Shown here piece after piece: positions 37,961 through 51,939 of a stretch of DNA of 53,482 nucleotides. How positions within the stretch are numbered: position 1 is the first letter of the stretch; every line of letters starts with the position of its first letter. The stretch is taken from the NCBI GenBank assembly GCA_001938485.1, contig MQRK01248130.1:1-53482 (forward strand). The letters run 5' to 3'. The notes beneath the pieces are model-generated. The model saw only the letters and a program-made list of their open reading frames with translations. It was not told the origin of the DNA and ran no database searches. The translations under genes and the position numbers were made by a program. The DNA is from Girardia tigrina. Taxonomy: Eukaryota.

Positions 37961-39867
37961 CTTACTTCATTTATGTATTATAAATGAATACATTTTTAAA
38001 GACTGATTTATTTTTTCTTTCAATGTTTTGTCCTTAAATATATGTAAAAATATCATAAATTACCTCATAAAAAGTAGATTTACTTCATAAAAAACCATTA
38101 AAATAAATTTTTAAAAATTTTATAGAAAATTTAAAAAAAAATATAAATTAACCCCCAGTGACACCGCTCTTAAAAACATACAAATACACATCACAAAACG
38201 CACAACTTTCCAAAATAATTCTGATTATACTCAGGAGGACAGTTGAGTCGGCTGCGCTCCTGGATACTTTACAGTGGGTAACATCATCAGTCGCGAGCAT
38301 CGGTCCTGTACAATTGCACCGGTTCGACTGCCGATCCAGATCGAGTGGGTCAATCCTGTACTGATGACCATGGGGTCAGCAATACGATTATTATGAGTTG
38401 AAAATACTTCAATCCGGCATTCTCGGATCCTACTCTAATTGTTGATAAGACGTTCGCAAGTACGAAATGATATAAATTCAAAGACCGAAATTACACCACT
38501 CTCACAATAACAAAATTTGTCTTTCCAAACCAAATTAATTACGGTTTTTTAATTTGAATTTTAAAATAATCTGAATTAAAATTTGTTATCTATTTTTTTT
38601 ACTATATGAAAATACTTTTAAATAAAAAAAATATTTTTAAATAAAATATTCGTAAATTTTTGTTAAAAACAAATAATGTTTTGTTTTATTTTTCCAATTT
38701 TATTCTGTCATTTATTTGAAATTTGATTCTAGAATATTTATGTAAACAAATCGCATTTTCAAAAAATTTAAATATTTTTTCGTGTAATTAATAATAATAA
38801 TTATTATTGTCAGTATTATGATAATAATGAAGATAAAAAAACATTAATGATAATGTAACCTATGCAATAACTTTATGATTTTTATTAATAATTATGAATA
38901 TTAAAAAATGATAATAATTATAATATTAATAATAATAATAAAAAATTTTTTTCTTTACCAGTATATTATATAATTATTAACTATCTTTTGAATTTTTGGA
39001 TTAAAAATGAATAATTTGAATAATTATTATTTAAAAAATTGAGATAAATTTTATAATAAGAAATTTCTAAAGAAATAATAATGATGCCTCTGATCATGCG
39101 GAAGACGGGAATAATGGGGATAATTACACTGAATTGTGTATAGAACATCAACAATAAGAATAGATTTTCTTGATTTCCCCCTGGAGATTTTTCCCAAAGA
39201 AAATCTGTACATTTTCCTTGTTTCATCTCTAAACATCAGCTTCACATATCAAGTCAAAGTATAGAATTAAAAAAAACTTAATATTAATAGGTTATGAAAT
39301 AAATAACCAGTTAGTCAGTAAAAACACTTAATCGAGCAGTAAAAATGATATTATATCAATAAAAACGATTAAGAATAGTAAAGAATGTATTTTGTCATTG
39401 CACAATCAGGACTTTCTTTACTTTTGTGGACCTACCGCGTTTTCTTCAAAAAAGCTTGGCAACTACATGTTACGTTCATCAAATTAGTAACTTCTTCCAT
39501 TCGCCAAATGCTAAAAGATATTTTGAATTGTGCGAAAGTTGTAAAACATTGATTTTTTTGTCACTAAATCATTTTCATTTACTTTCTCCGTGACACCAGT
39601 TGGAGTCATCTTCACCAATGATATCTTTTGAAGATTTGGCCCATTGATAAGACTTAGTTATAGTAGGTTCAGAGGCGAATAATTTCACATTAATCTTAGT
39701 TGGATCACGTTCATTTTTTACTGATCAAATAGTTATTCATTTACTGATAGAAGAGCGAGCGCAGACGGTCGTGGAACCTTTTAGTCTTAAAGCGATCTCG
39801 GCATCGGGGAGAATAATTTAATTTTAGCTCATGCGTGGCCAACTCCCCGATACTCGATCGTCGTAGA

Positions 39868-40170
39868 TGCCCTCGGAGTAGTTACCCTTCGCCAAATTGT
39901 TTCCTATTCTACTTTGTCTGAAAATGAAAGCGTCTGGTCAAAATATCTGTCCAAATGATCCCGCTCTAAATCCACTTACACTGCTCGTGGAACACACTCT
40001 CCCCCAGTGGCTTCATTGCAACGAACATTAATCCGCTCTGATTGCAGATCGGGATCTCCGTGATACATGCCAGTTGAATCGATTCCATGTTTGTCTGAAA
40101 TCACTTCCAAAATTTTTGATCCAGTTTGATCTCCACATTGACTACCTAGAAGAGAAACAAGTTCTTTCAT
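39868..40170 (-). pseudogene. TUBB: Beta-tubulin pseudogene (N-terminal ~100 codons)
   Basis: [49 protein letters not shown]...VPRAV*VDLE[deletion]GSFGQIF*PD...GNNLAKGNYSEG. Confidence 0.93.
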
Positions 40171-41672
40171 GTTTTACGGTTTTAATTTATACTTTATTCT
40201 TTTCATCTCGGTTAAAATCTTTTAAAAAGCAAACGAATCACCATTAATTTTTATTTTCAAATCACACTTCTACAACACTTTCTTTTCATTAAAACAAAAA
40301 ATTGAAACATTTCTTTGTACATAAATTAATTATTCTTCTTTACTTCACATAAAATCATTTTCTATTATTTCAATTAAAAAATAAAACATTTTTCTTTAAC
40401 AAATAATTAACTTTTTTATATATAATAAATTCTATTTTAACGAAAATAATAAAATAACATTGGAATACAAATGACTTCACGACACACATAGACGGAGTAA
40501 AATATTTAAATAAATTCACCAAAAGTCACGAAGTTCAACAACACAAGTAACTGAGTTAAATGACAAATGCATATTTTAACTGTTTGAAATACGTCAGCCA
40601 GATCAAATCCACGTCTGAATTATCACATCCGATTTTCGAACAGCGGTTTTTTTCTTTTTATGATATAAAAATTTTATTTTATTTGTATCTTCAATTTTCA
40701 CAATTTTGATCAGACAATCACCAATTCTTTGACACACATTGGCTGCTAAGATTAGGATGTCTCTCTCCCTAGCGTGTGTCACACATTTTTAAAGTTCGGC
40801 TAACATTTACTATCTCCTAATTTAGATTTTTTACTGCTCAATTAACTATTTTTACTGATCAATGGTTATTTATTTAATAACTTATTAATCTTCAGCCAAT
40901 TTAATTTTTAGTTTTCTGACCATTTTAGTTTATTTACTTCCCTATTAAGTCATATCCTTTAAAAAACAATGGCAATTTGAAATCATGAGAAAATACCAAA
41001 GTCATTTTTCAAAATTTGCTTTTTTAGAAACATTTATAACGCAAAAAGAAAATCGAATAAAAAGATTTTCAAATTCCGTACAATCAATTTAAAAGTATTT
41101 ATATAAATTTCGATGTGAGGCATTATTAATTAGATCAATGGATCAGGAAAATAATGTTCACTCATAATCTTTCTGTAAAACATTTTAAAATAGAACCTTA
41201 ATGATATAATTGATCGTATAATCATCATTTACCACTCGGAACGTTAAATACAAATGCTGCAACATTTAATGGGTTTTGAAGGATAAAGTAACCTATTTAA
41301 TTCCGGCTTAATGGACAGAACTAAAATTAGTAAAAGGATAACTTGGCACACTCTAATATATTTTCAAACTCGGTGAACCCAGAAAATTGTAAAAATTTTC
41401 TCAACAAAACTTGGCTTAAGCTTAAAACTTTGAACGTTATTTTATTTTAAACCTTTTCACAATTGAAATTAATTTATGATATTACATAATACCTAAAAAT
41501 ATCATAAGTAACTTCAAAGTCAAAGTTTCTTAAACAATATTTTCAAAAATCTAAATTTAAATAGAAATATTATTGATTTTTGAAAAAATATTTACAAATA
41601 TCTTTGAAAGATTCCCTTTATTTTCAAAATTTATTTATAATAATGATCATGACTGTTAGAAGTTATTTAGAA

Positions 41673-41952
41673 CAGCAATTCTTAACCTGTGGGTCGTGAT
41701 TGCGTCAAGGATCGCTCCGGACCATTGAAAAAATGTGTTTTTTGTTTATATTCTAATGTGTCAACTGTATAGCATGTTATTGTAAAAAATTATTCCGCAT
41801 ATCAGATAGTTACATTACGATTGATAACAGTATTGAGTTGCAATAGTATAGTTACTTAGGCCTATTGACAAAAATAATTTTACATTTGGGATCACCACAA
41901 AATTAGGAATGGTAATAAAAGGGTTGTGACAATATAAATGTTTAAACTGATG
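41673..41952. mobile_element. SPIN/URR1-like hAT MITE
   Basis: Perfect 8-bp TSD atttagaa; start cagcaattcttaacctgtgggtcg; internal ttacattacgatt.ataacagta and aaaataatttta...tcaccacaa match the recalled SPIN/URR1 consensus. Confidence 0.8.
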
Positions 41953-42849
41953 ATTTAGAAGACATTGTAAGTGATGATATTGATTTTTTTGTCAATTTAA
42001 CAATAAAAATACACAGTATATAAAGAACCTAGAAAAATTTAAAGTTTTTGTTAGGTGTTAGCGATAGTAATTTGTTTCAATGAAAATTTGTGAGTTTGAA
42101 TAAAATAAGACAAGAAGAGATTATTTAAATTAACATTAATGAAATTATAAAAGAAATAAATTAAATGCAATAAATTAAATTTTACTTAAGAAATTTAATT
42201 AAATATTTTATTAAAGAAAAATATATAAAAATTAGAACGTCCGGTTTAACATTAAGAAAACTAAAAATTAAGTTCCTCAATTAATAAAATTTTAGTGAAT
42301 ACAAAAATTAAAATAAACAAAAACATTTTTAGAACGAAAATATTTTTGTTTGAATATTTGTTAATTTTTCCTTCTTTTATTGAAATACGTGTGGCGTGTG
42401 AAAAAAATTCTGAACATCAATCGAAATCGTTGACAATTAATCAATTTAAATTAGTGACCGATTTCAACAAGATTCAATCAATCATGTTGGTGAAAAATCA
42501 ATCCGAAGCATAAAATCGATCATCATTTGGATAACAAATTGAGAAGTATCAGTAATTATTTGTAATTGGATAAATATAATTTTGGATACAATGAATTCTT
42601 GTGTTCTTTCGGATGAAGTTTCCATCGATTCTAACAGTTTTAAAATTATTGTTTTTTTGTTGGGGGATTATGCTTCTTGGAAGTTTTATGTAATTTTACA
42701 ATAAGAACTAAATATTAAACAAAATCCTATATATGAGAAACAAAATCAACACACAACATTAAGCATTCCAACTCTTTCTCTCACACATCTTGCTCGTTTA
42801 ATATAACGATCTAAAATAAATTCTAAATCATAATGGTGACTATTTGCTA

Positions 42850-44089
42850 TTAGGTTGTTCGATATGAAACGGGTCAAACTTCACACCTTACATTTCAATC
42901 GCGTATAACTTAACTTTGAACTATCGTATGAAAATAAATAAGGTATTTCTTGACAGATATATTATTCCTCTTTAAAAATCAATTACTTAATTTCAAATAT
43001 ATTGAATAGTTTCTTGTCAACAAACAATCAAACAGCGCAATGGAAATCAGTGAAATCAGAATTTTAATGAAATATGAGTTCCACCGTGGAGCCACAACAC
43101 GTCAGNNNNNNNNNNNNNNNNNNNNNNNNNNNNNNNNNNNNNNNNNNNNNNNNNNNNNNNNNNNNNNNNNNNNNNNNNNNNNNNNNNNNNNNNNNNNNNN
43201 NNNNNNNNNNNNNNNNNNNNNNNNNNNNNNNNNNNNNNNNNNNNNNNNNNNNNNNNNNNNNNNNNNNNNNNNNNNNNNNNNNNNNNNNNNNNNNNNNNNN
43301 NNNNNNNNNNNNNNNNNNNNNNNNNNNNNNNNNNNNNNNNNNNNNNNNNNNNNNNNNNNNNNNNNNNNNNNNNNNNNNNNNNNNNNNNNNNNNNNNNNNN
43401 NNNNNNNNNNNNNNNNNNNNNNNNNNNNNNNNNNNNNNNNNNNNNNNNNNNNNNNNNNNNNNNNNNNNNNNNNNNNNNNNNNNNNNNNNNNNNNNNNNNN
43501 NNNNNNNNNNNNNNNNNNNNNNNNNNNNNNNNNNNNNNNNNNNNNNNNNNNNNNNNNNNNNNNNNNNNNNNNNNNNNNNNNNNNNNNNNNNNNNNNNNNN
43601 NNNNNNNNNNNNNNNNNNNNNNNNNNNNNNNNNNNNNNNNNNNNNNNNNNNNNNNNNNNNNNNNNNNNNNNNNNNNNNNNNNNNNNNNNNNNNNNNNNNN
43701 NNNNNNNNNNNNNNNNNNNNNNNNNNNNNNNNNNNNNNNNNNNNNNNNNNNNNNNNNNNNNNNNNNNNNNNNNNNNNNNNNNNNNNNNNNNNNNNNNNNN
43801 NNNNNNNNNNNNNNNNNNNNNNNNNNNNNNNNNNNNNNNNNNNNNNNNNNNNNNNNNNNNNNNNNNNNNNNNNNNNNNNNNNNNNNNNNNNNNNNNNNNN
43901 NNNNNNNNNNNNNNNNNNNNNNNNNNNNNNNNNNNNNNNNNNNNNNNNNNNNNNNNNNNACCATTGAAATGGCAACAGTGTGTTGACAACATGGGGGGAT
44001 ATTTTGATTAAAAATAAAATCTTATTATTTAAAAAAAATCGATTTACATTTTACTTTAATTTTGACCCGTTTCATATCGAACAACCTAA
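42850..44089 (+). mobile_element. Young mariner transposon (cecropia-type); interior unassembled
   Basis: Perfect 29-bp TIRs ttaggttgttcgatatgaaacgggtcaaa with TA TSD; ORF 43040-44011 MEISEIRILMKYEFHRGATTRQ...PLKWQQCVDNMGGYFD. Confidence 0.95.
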
Positions 44090-44998
44090 TATAAATCTTT
44101 GATTCTCGTTGCATTGTTTATGTATATCTTATTTGTTTGTAATAGTTATGAATAAAGGTTTGGAGTACCGCATTTTTTGGGGTACTCTCCGCATCCAAAT
44201 CTATTAATAATCATTAATAAACGGATTAATTTTGTCTAACATAAATATTTTTTATAATTTTATTCTTTTTCTTTCGTTTATGAAAAACAAGGATCAAAAT
44301 AAATAATATAAAATTGCGTTTTAATTTCCAATGAGTATCGATTTATTCGCGTATTCCAACGAGTATCGACCTTGCGAGCGCTGGCACTTTTGCAAAGAGA
44401 ACTCATCTTTTGCTGAATGAAGCTGCAGTTGAAAAAAAACAATTTCCTTTTAATGATTTTTCTATTAAAAGTTAATTTCTATTTTCACTAAAATAAAATT
44501 TCATTTTCAATTAAAAAAATAATAAGTACAAACAGATTTTTTCTCATTTCTGTTAAAATAAAATTTTGAAATATATAAAAAAATGAATATCAATTTCTCA
44601 AAAGGAAATACACTTTTTTTCTCTCTCTGTTTTGTCTTCTTTGATCGCCGACTTTTTCGGAGCGATTTGAGTTTTAATTGAAAATTAATGAAATTGTTTT
44701 AATTAATGCATTTTTAATTATTATATCGTGGAAAAAAACTCGTCAATTCGAGAGAGGATGTTAGGCATTATTAAAACATACATAAAAGAATAATTAAAAC
44801 AAATTTTCAACTATGATAATAAAATTATTAATTTCCAAGTTCACTGAAAAACAGTTTCGTGGTTATTGAGAGTGTAAAGAGTAATTTGTTCTGCCGACAA
44901 TTACAGCGAAATGGCGTGGAGCTCTGACAAACTTCAGAAAAAATTAAATTGAAGATAAATGTAAAACAAAATAACAATTGTTATTTTTTTTTAAAATA

Positions 44999-45140
44999 CA
45001 GTCGAGTCTCGATAAAACGAACGTTGATAAAACAAAATCCTCGATATTACGAATCACATTTAAGAGATGGTTGGCCGGCAATTAATCTGTATAGAAATAG
45101 TCTTCAATATAACGAAGTTTTGTCTCAATAATACGAAATC
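44999..45140. mobile_element. Solo pogo/Tigger-like transposon end
   Basis: TA-cagtcgagtctcgataaaacgaa with repeated ctcgata..acgaa motifs; partner end not found. Confidence 0.55.
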
Positions 45141-46146
45141 ATAGTAGGTATATCATATATATAAAGTGCGTTTCATAATTAATGACGCACCCTATTTTTG
45201 TTACGTCTAAAGGAAGAGGTGGTACTGGATTTTGGACCACGCCATAGTTGCATGTGGTAGGTAACGTTGTCACAGAAAATCATCGCAGTTTTCATAAATT
45301 TCCATTTTCTAGAGAGTTTTTAGCAAAATACTGAATTTTCAGCGTTTCCTAATTTATAGAATTCTTGAGAACTTTAAATGAGTTTATGATTGATCTAACT
45401 ACTCGATTATACAAAAAGTCATTTCATATTTATTAACGGTAAAAAAAGTACATAATCGGTGATTAGATGATGATTAAACTGACAAAATATGTCATTATTA
45501 AACAATAAAAATATTGTGGTTTCAAAATAAATTAAAAAAAATAACTAGAAAAATTCTAAGCTAGTGAAACTATTCCCCCGAGAACGACAGAGGACCCGGG
45601 ACATTGCTCTAAAGATTCTAATGCTCTCTGCTCAACTCAAACAGTGAATGATGTTATATTTTTAAATTATTATTAAGCTATTGAAACAAACAAGAACAAA
45701 AAATTATTTTTATGTAAAATTGATTTAAAGTCCCTGAGCAAATAAAATAAAATGCTTTAAATCACTCTGAGCAGACGCTTTTTTATGTGTATTATTTTCG
45801 TTAAATTTTATGTGAAAATTCTTTTTGTGATGTCGTTAAAAGAAACAAAACATTACTAATTTGAAGAATCCTACAGATGCGACATCGGGAGAATGTTCCT
45901 CTGTATCTCTACAGCCTCATTCTTTCACTACAATGATTTAACAAATGAATGAGAATTTCTGTTTTAAATTTTTAACATAAAAAATATCATGAAAATTATT
46001 AAGTACGACTTGTTTATCAAATAAGAGAAAAGTTTAATTAATGAAAATATTTTTTAATGAAGTGCGTTAAAATGTTTTTCGATTTACAAGACTCCTTTCT
46101 TGCTGTGTGATTTTTAAAAGAGAATAGGGGTCTTAAATATTATAAC

Positions 46147-46195
46147 TAGGGCACGGAATTTAATGACCGTAAAAATCAAAAAATGACTATTTTAT
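46147..46195. mobile_element. Solo terminus of the same hAT family as 25858-27756
   Basis: tagggcacggaatttaatgacc matches that TIR; the flank also ends in ataac. Confidence 0.8.
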
Positions 46196-48534
46196 TTCCT
46201 CTCTTTCCGGGTGAGATATTATTTTGTTCTTCCCCTCTGCCAATAGAGTCGCCAACGTCACCAATCCGCCAGTCACACCACTGCGCCACCCACTCTGTTA
46301 TCAATGATTATTATTATTATTAATTATTAATTTTCTTCGAAAATGTTGTATTAAATATTTATTCTTTGAATGTTATTTCATTTGCATTTAAATCAAGAAA
46401 TTATCATTTCGATGGATACTGGGACTTTGAATTCCTTTTTTTACAATAGTGAATGATAAATGATGTTGCTTAATATGCCTTAACTCGATACCAATAGCTA
46501 AAAATGTTAATCTGGAGAGACATTTTTAGGTTTAGGAGCAGATTGTCCACATATTTCAAATAAAGAAAATGTAAGGTTATCTTACTACTCAAATAAAAAA
46601 TCAAAACGTTTTAAAAAGCCAATATTGAAGTCACAAATAGTTACTACTGCATCATTCAAAGTAAACTATCTCTTAGTAAAAAATGTAAACTAAATTCCTA
46701 CTGTACATTTGAGACAAACCTTTTTTTTTGAAAATGTTTAGATTCCCTTTTTTACTATATATATATTTACTACATATTTATGCTTTGAAATACATTGATA
46801 CGATGAATTGAGATGAGTGAAAATATTAAAGAACAGTTATGATGCGAAAATAATAAATGATCTTGTATTTCCCTTCACTGTAATGAATAGACAAATAAAA
46901 GTGTTGTAATGCAATTATTTGTTTTCGTTCGAATGTTTTTAAAGACTTTAGGAATAATTGATGAATGATTTGAAAGTACCACTTCTTATTTTTTTTCGGA
47001 AATACGCAAACCGAATAAAAATCCCATTATCTTCAAATGTAGTGAATATATTTATTTTTTTCGAGTCTACGTACTTGAGTGGATCAATATTTTATACTTT
47101 AAGTTAATGAAGATTAAACAACGTTCTGACCTGACTGAATCATATACTGAAGACTAATTATTATTATCTTGACAGGATAAACACTTAATTATGATTCCTT
47201 GATTAAAGACATGCTCACACAGTTATGGTTATAAAATAAATTCTAAGTCCGCTTTTTCGTAGCGAATTAGAGTTTTTAAATACTGTTAATAATTACTCAT
47301 GTTGTTTTAAATCTATCTACAAAATTTATCGAAACACTATTTTTTTTAGTAGTGATCCTCCTATTGAAACACAGTACTTGAACATAGTATGTATTTCCAA
47401 CCTCCTCATCTCCACTTCGACTGTGCTGATGAAAGTAACTCGATCGTGACACATTTAAAAGAAAAAAGTCGATCTTATGTACACAAAGGTTTGTCACTAC
47501 TGTTAAATATAAAGATGATTATCTGTTTGTCTATTCGCGCATCAATAGATGATCAAATGTAACCAAATTTTCCACACGCCTTTTTCATACACATGTTAGA
47601 TGCACGGGTCAAAGAAAATTTATTCAACCCAATTTGCACTAACAAAGAAGATTTTATAGAATAAAACCTTCACTCAAAATTTCAAATTAATTTAAGAACT
47701 TTAATTTTAATAAAATCAAGAACACAAGATAAATGTTATACAAATTTTTATAGAATTATCTATAACAACATATACTATATGCAATTAAATAGTTAAAGCA
47801 AGAATATAAAATGATATCCCTCTGTGTTTTGCAATACTTAAGAAGCTCCAAAATCTCCGTTTTAGAACGCTGTTCATTTTATAAAAGTTATAAATAAGAT
47901 TTATTAATTTAATATACTAATTAAATTTTTAAAGATATTTATTTAAATATTTTGAGTTAAAGGATAATTAAGTGATATAACCAACAACCTAACCGATATA
48001 AGTAAGTCCTCGATACCAAATTCAGCAGAGAATTATCGACAATAAGACACTATCGAACCAACTGATATAACAATTTAAATTTTAAAATTATTAAAACAGG
48101 AATTTTATCCGGTAGATGTCAATAGGAAATCCAAATTGATATAAAAATTCAATTCAACTGGAATTATTCTAATATATATTCGCCGATTTAAAATTAAACT
48201 GGAACTGACAAGGCCGTTGAGTATAAATCTGTAAATAAATTTTAATTTATCTTAATTTATGAAAAAATTTTTACCTGTAAATAAATTTTAATTTATCAAT
48301 TTCTTACAATTGAATTAGTTTTTACACAAATGTAAAGATGCGTGGCTAGATAGAACAAAAGAAAACGCGTGTGAGTAAAAATGCGTAGAACGTTATCGAA
48401 TTTTTTTTCAAATTTCTCGTAATTCGTTATAGTTTGCAACTTTATCCAAAGTTTCTCAATGGCTAGATTCCTGATCCGAGTCAACATTTTCTTCCAACTC
48501 GTTTTCTTTGTCTTTCCTTCATCCCATTGTTGTT

Positions 48535-48705
48535 TCGGATCTTCATTCTCGAACTTCTTTTCATCCCGTTCTCTAACTGCTTCCCGCCGAAGATGAGTCA
48601 CTGTTGTCTTGGTTGAATGCCTTCTTTGTTCTGGATCTTCTCCTTGACGTCCTCGATTGACTCATTGGCATCCACATTCCCCGAAAGTGTTCTAATGAAA
48701 TTCTG
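48535..48705 (-). pseudogene. Ubiquitin or ubiquitin-like domain pseudogene
   Basis: QNFIRTLSG[deletion][37 protein letters not shown]. Confidence 0.85.
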
Positions 48706-51533
48706 TCGGGTCTGGAGACACCCCGATCCATGACCCGAGTTTACATTATTTAGATTGTTACTAATATACATATTTTTAATATCGTACCCGGCATTGGAAT
48801 TCCCACCAAACATTCCCAAAGAACAATTTACCAAACAACCATCACGCTGCGAGCCCCGAAGGACGAGTCGCTCCCGGGTGCTGGGCCCATTATTGGAACG
48901 TTGCAGCCCGTCACGCGATTCTCGCTCGTACCCAAAAAACCCCTGGCGTCAACCTTGGGAAACCCCTTCATTTAAATTTAATATTAAATTACTCTTTAAA
49001 CATAAACCCCACAAATTTAAAACATATATGACACAGCAATTAACATTAACCAAAACAAAAATTATAAGAATATCCTCCATCAGGGGGAGGACTGACGGAA
49101 TCTCTTCCAAACAGAATGATATACAATTTACTTGACGATAATTCGATTCTCGTGAATTTCTCCAACAGTTGCGGAGATGAGAGAACATTGTAGTGGGAAA
49201 ATTGAGTTTTGTCTTTCGTTTTCTTTAAAATATGAAGCTTATTTAATTCACTGTCTAATATGATCATTTATTTCGGAACAGATAATAGACAACTGTTTTC
49301 TTTACCAATAATTCGTTATCGAAAATAAATCTCTTTTCATAGTTGAGTGATAGAGGATCGTCGATTTTGTGCCATAATTCTAAGGCTTTCTCATCATTAT
49401 CCATTTTTTGGATTTTTGTAAATCACAAAACAGTGAGTATAAAAATATTCTAAAAATTTGGCAATTGCAAAAGAAAAGAATTAAAAATACAAAAATAATT
49501 TTTTTATTGCTTAATAATTTGTTTTTTAATGAAATATTTTAGAAAATTAAAAAATAATAATAATAAAATTACAAATAAAATTATTTAATTAAAATCAGTA
49601 AAAATATAAAAATTATAACAAAATATAAAAATTATATTATTTGCTTCTAATTTTTGAAATTATTTCGACAATATTATGTTGAAAATAGTTTTCAAATATT
49701 TCAATTAATCTTTATATAAATGTGATTGTCTTTTATCTATTTGCTTTTCATTTAGAGAAGATGTGATCAAACAGAACAAAACTTTACAAACCTTTCTCAA
49801 TCAAAGGAAGGGTCAGTGTCGTTTTTTTTCCAAATTTGATATAAAAGCATGAAAGGATACCGTTAGTGAAGGAGGTTTTGAGGAGGAACGGGAGCACTCA
49901 TCTACTCTCATTAGGACGTTCAATCCACTTTGAGATCATCATTGAAAAGGCGTGCTATCAGATTTTCTAAATGCGCGGTGGCAACTACCTCCTTTAATAA
50001 ATATATTTTTTTTTAATTTTTGCTAGTTTTATAAGGACTTATTTTAGTATTTTTTATAAATTTCCTTGTTTTTATTTTTTAGAGGATCTTGAATATTCTC
50101 ATAATAAACGTTTCATTTAATATTTTTACTTCAGCCATTTCATTATTTAAGTTTTTGTCAGAAAAATTAATTAAAAAGATTAATTATTAAATAAATCTTT
50201 ATAAATTCATAGAAAGTTCTTCAATATGTAACACATTTTCGATTATTCTAATTTTATTGTATTTTGTGAAGTTTCATACAAAAAGTTGTTATTTTATTTA
50301 TCTTTTCCCATGGGAAAACATTATTAACATTCTCTATCTTATTAATTTTGGATTACACGAAAAGCAAACAAAAAATCAGTTAAACGAAGTCTCATCGGAA
50401 ACTTAAAAGACAATTTATTGTTAAATTTCAAAACTGTTTTTCATAAACATATAATGTCTTTTAAATTTTATTTTCTATTTTTCTTTTTATAAAAGGAATT
50501 TCTTGTTTTACAACAATTAAAACAAATAATTCGGTTTCTCAAATAATATAAATAAAATAAATTATATCATTTCGTAATTTATCAAATCATTTTTAGATAA
50601 TGAGAAGTAAAAAAATTAATAAGTTAATTAATTATGATTTAACCTAATTGATTTATATATAAAGTACATTAGAGGACGGTTACTCGAACAGTACCGTACA
50701 AGATGTTCTGGTACCATTAACCATAATTTTTCAATAGGAAGCTGTATTTTTTACCACATATTTCTTTTATATACCTAATTGTAGTGCTCGCTTCAATTTC
50801 TATTAAAAAGAAAAACTCTTTATCATAAAACACTCAAAACGTGTGAAATAAAAAATGTAGAAAATTGTTTTAACGAATGTACAAAGCTATATAAGTTTGA
50901 TTGTGAGGTGCCGGCAACCGGACTGAGTGGCAGCGACCAGCACCTCTTAAATGTGCCGGGACTTGGTGCCCGGAAAGATCGACGTGTCAGTTCGACGCGG
51001 TCCATGTACCGATCGGGTCCAGTGACCATCGGTCGACACGTCATCGGATGTCGGTCCCGCAACTGACTCGTGGCGGTTAAGAGTTGTATTTTGAGTTGTG
51101 TTATCGATCAGTTGATCGATTTGTGTTTCATCTGTATACCGATACCTCGAGTGAGGTGTTTGTCGGTCTGAACCACACTATTGCATTTGTGGATCGATAA
51201 AAGGAATCACAAAATTTTCGATAAAGAATAAAAAAAAGGACGATTATGTTGAGAAGGATTGTAATTGAATTCAAAACATTAAAATTTAAAACTGTTACAC
51301 ACTTAAATATTTATTTAATTTAATTAAACAAAAATCAGTTTTTTAAAAGTTTTTTTTCAATATCGGCCGTTTGACCGGAGCACCACAGAATGTTAATAAA
51401 AGTTTTTACTCGTTCACGTTTCATCGTTAAAAAATATTGAACACAAAAAAGGAATTTAAAAAAAACAGAGAAAACAGAATGAAATTCCGTCAGATCAACA
51501 ACCTGCGAAGTCAAGCTGGAGCAGTACGAATGC

Positions 51534-51584
51534 ACTGATAAACTAAATTAGCTTGTACACTTAAAGCTAATTTAGCTTATCAGT
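51534..51584. repeat. Fold-back hairpin at the 5' truncation of PLE copy D
   Basis: 21-bp arms 51534-51554 and 51564-51584 with 1 mismatch; the right arm is endonuclease coding sequence. Confidence 0.88.
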
Positions 51585-51867
51585 TTAAATATCACAAGTG
51601 TGAATTCTTCTACATTGCAGAAACACATCGTCATCTCCGTACTAGAATAGCAGAACACACTCAAATGAGTAGAAACATCTCCATTCTCGATAATATATAT
51701 TGTTGTCGTGATCGTGAAAAAAAAATTATAAAAAAGAATTTAAAGTGCTAAGTAAAACTTTGGACACAAATTTCGAGCGGATAATCACTGAATTATTATT
51801 TATTAAGCAATTAAAACGATGCTTAAATATACAAACTGATTTATCTAAACACGTTAACGTTTTTTAA
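51560..51867 (+). pseudogene. PLE copy D: GIY-YIG endonuclease domain, frameshifted
   Basis: LKANLAYQFKYHKCEFFYIAETHRHLRTRIAEHTQMSR...CCRDR / EFKVL...ERIITELLFIKQLKRCLNIQ. Confidence 0.88.
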
Positions 51868-51939
51868 AAATATGGAAATTACTTATGGTGTAACATTCAG
51901 ATAACCATTTAAATGACTTGTAATTTTGTTTAAATATTC

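Noticed and set aside
22744-38380. Other CTGANGA matches (about 22744, 24673, 30871 minus, 38361)
   Set aside because: No correctly placed GAAA with stems; chance matches.
19830-44011. Long ORFs spanning N runs
   Set aside because: Artefacts of assembly gaps; only 43040-44011 has meaningful (mariner) ends.
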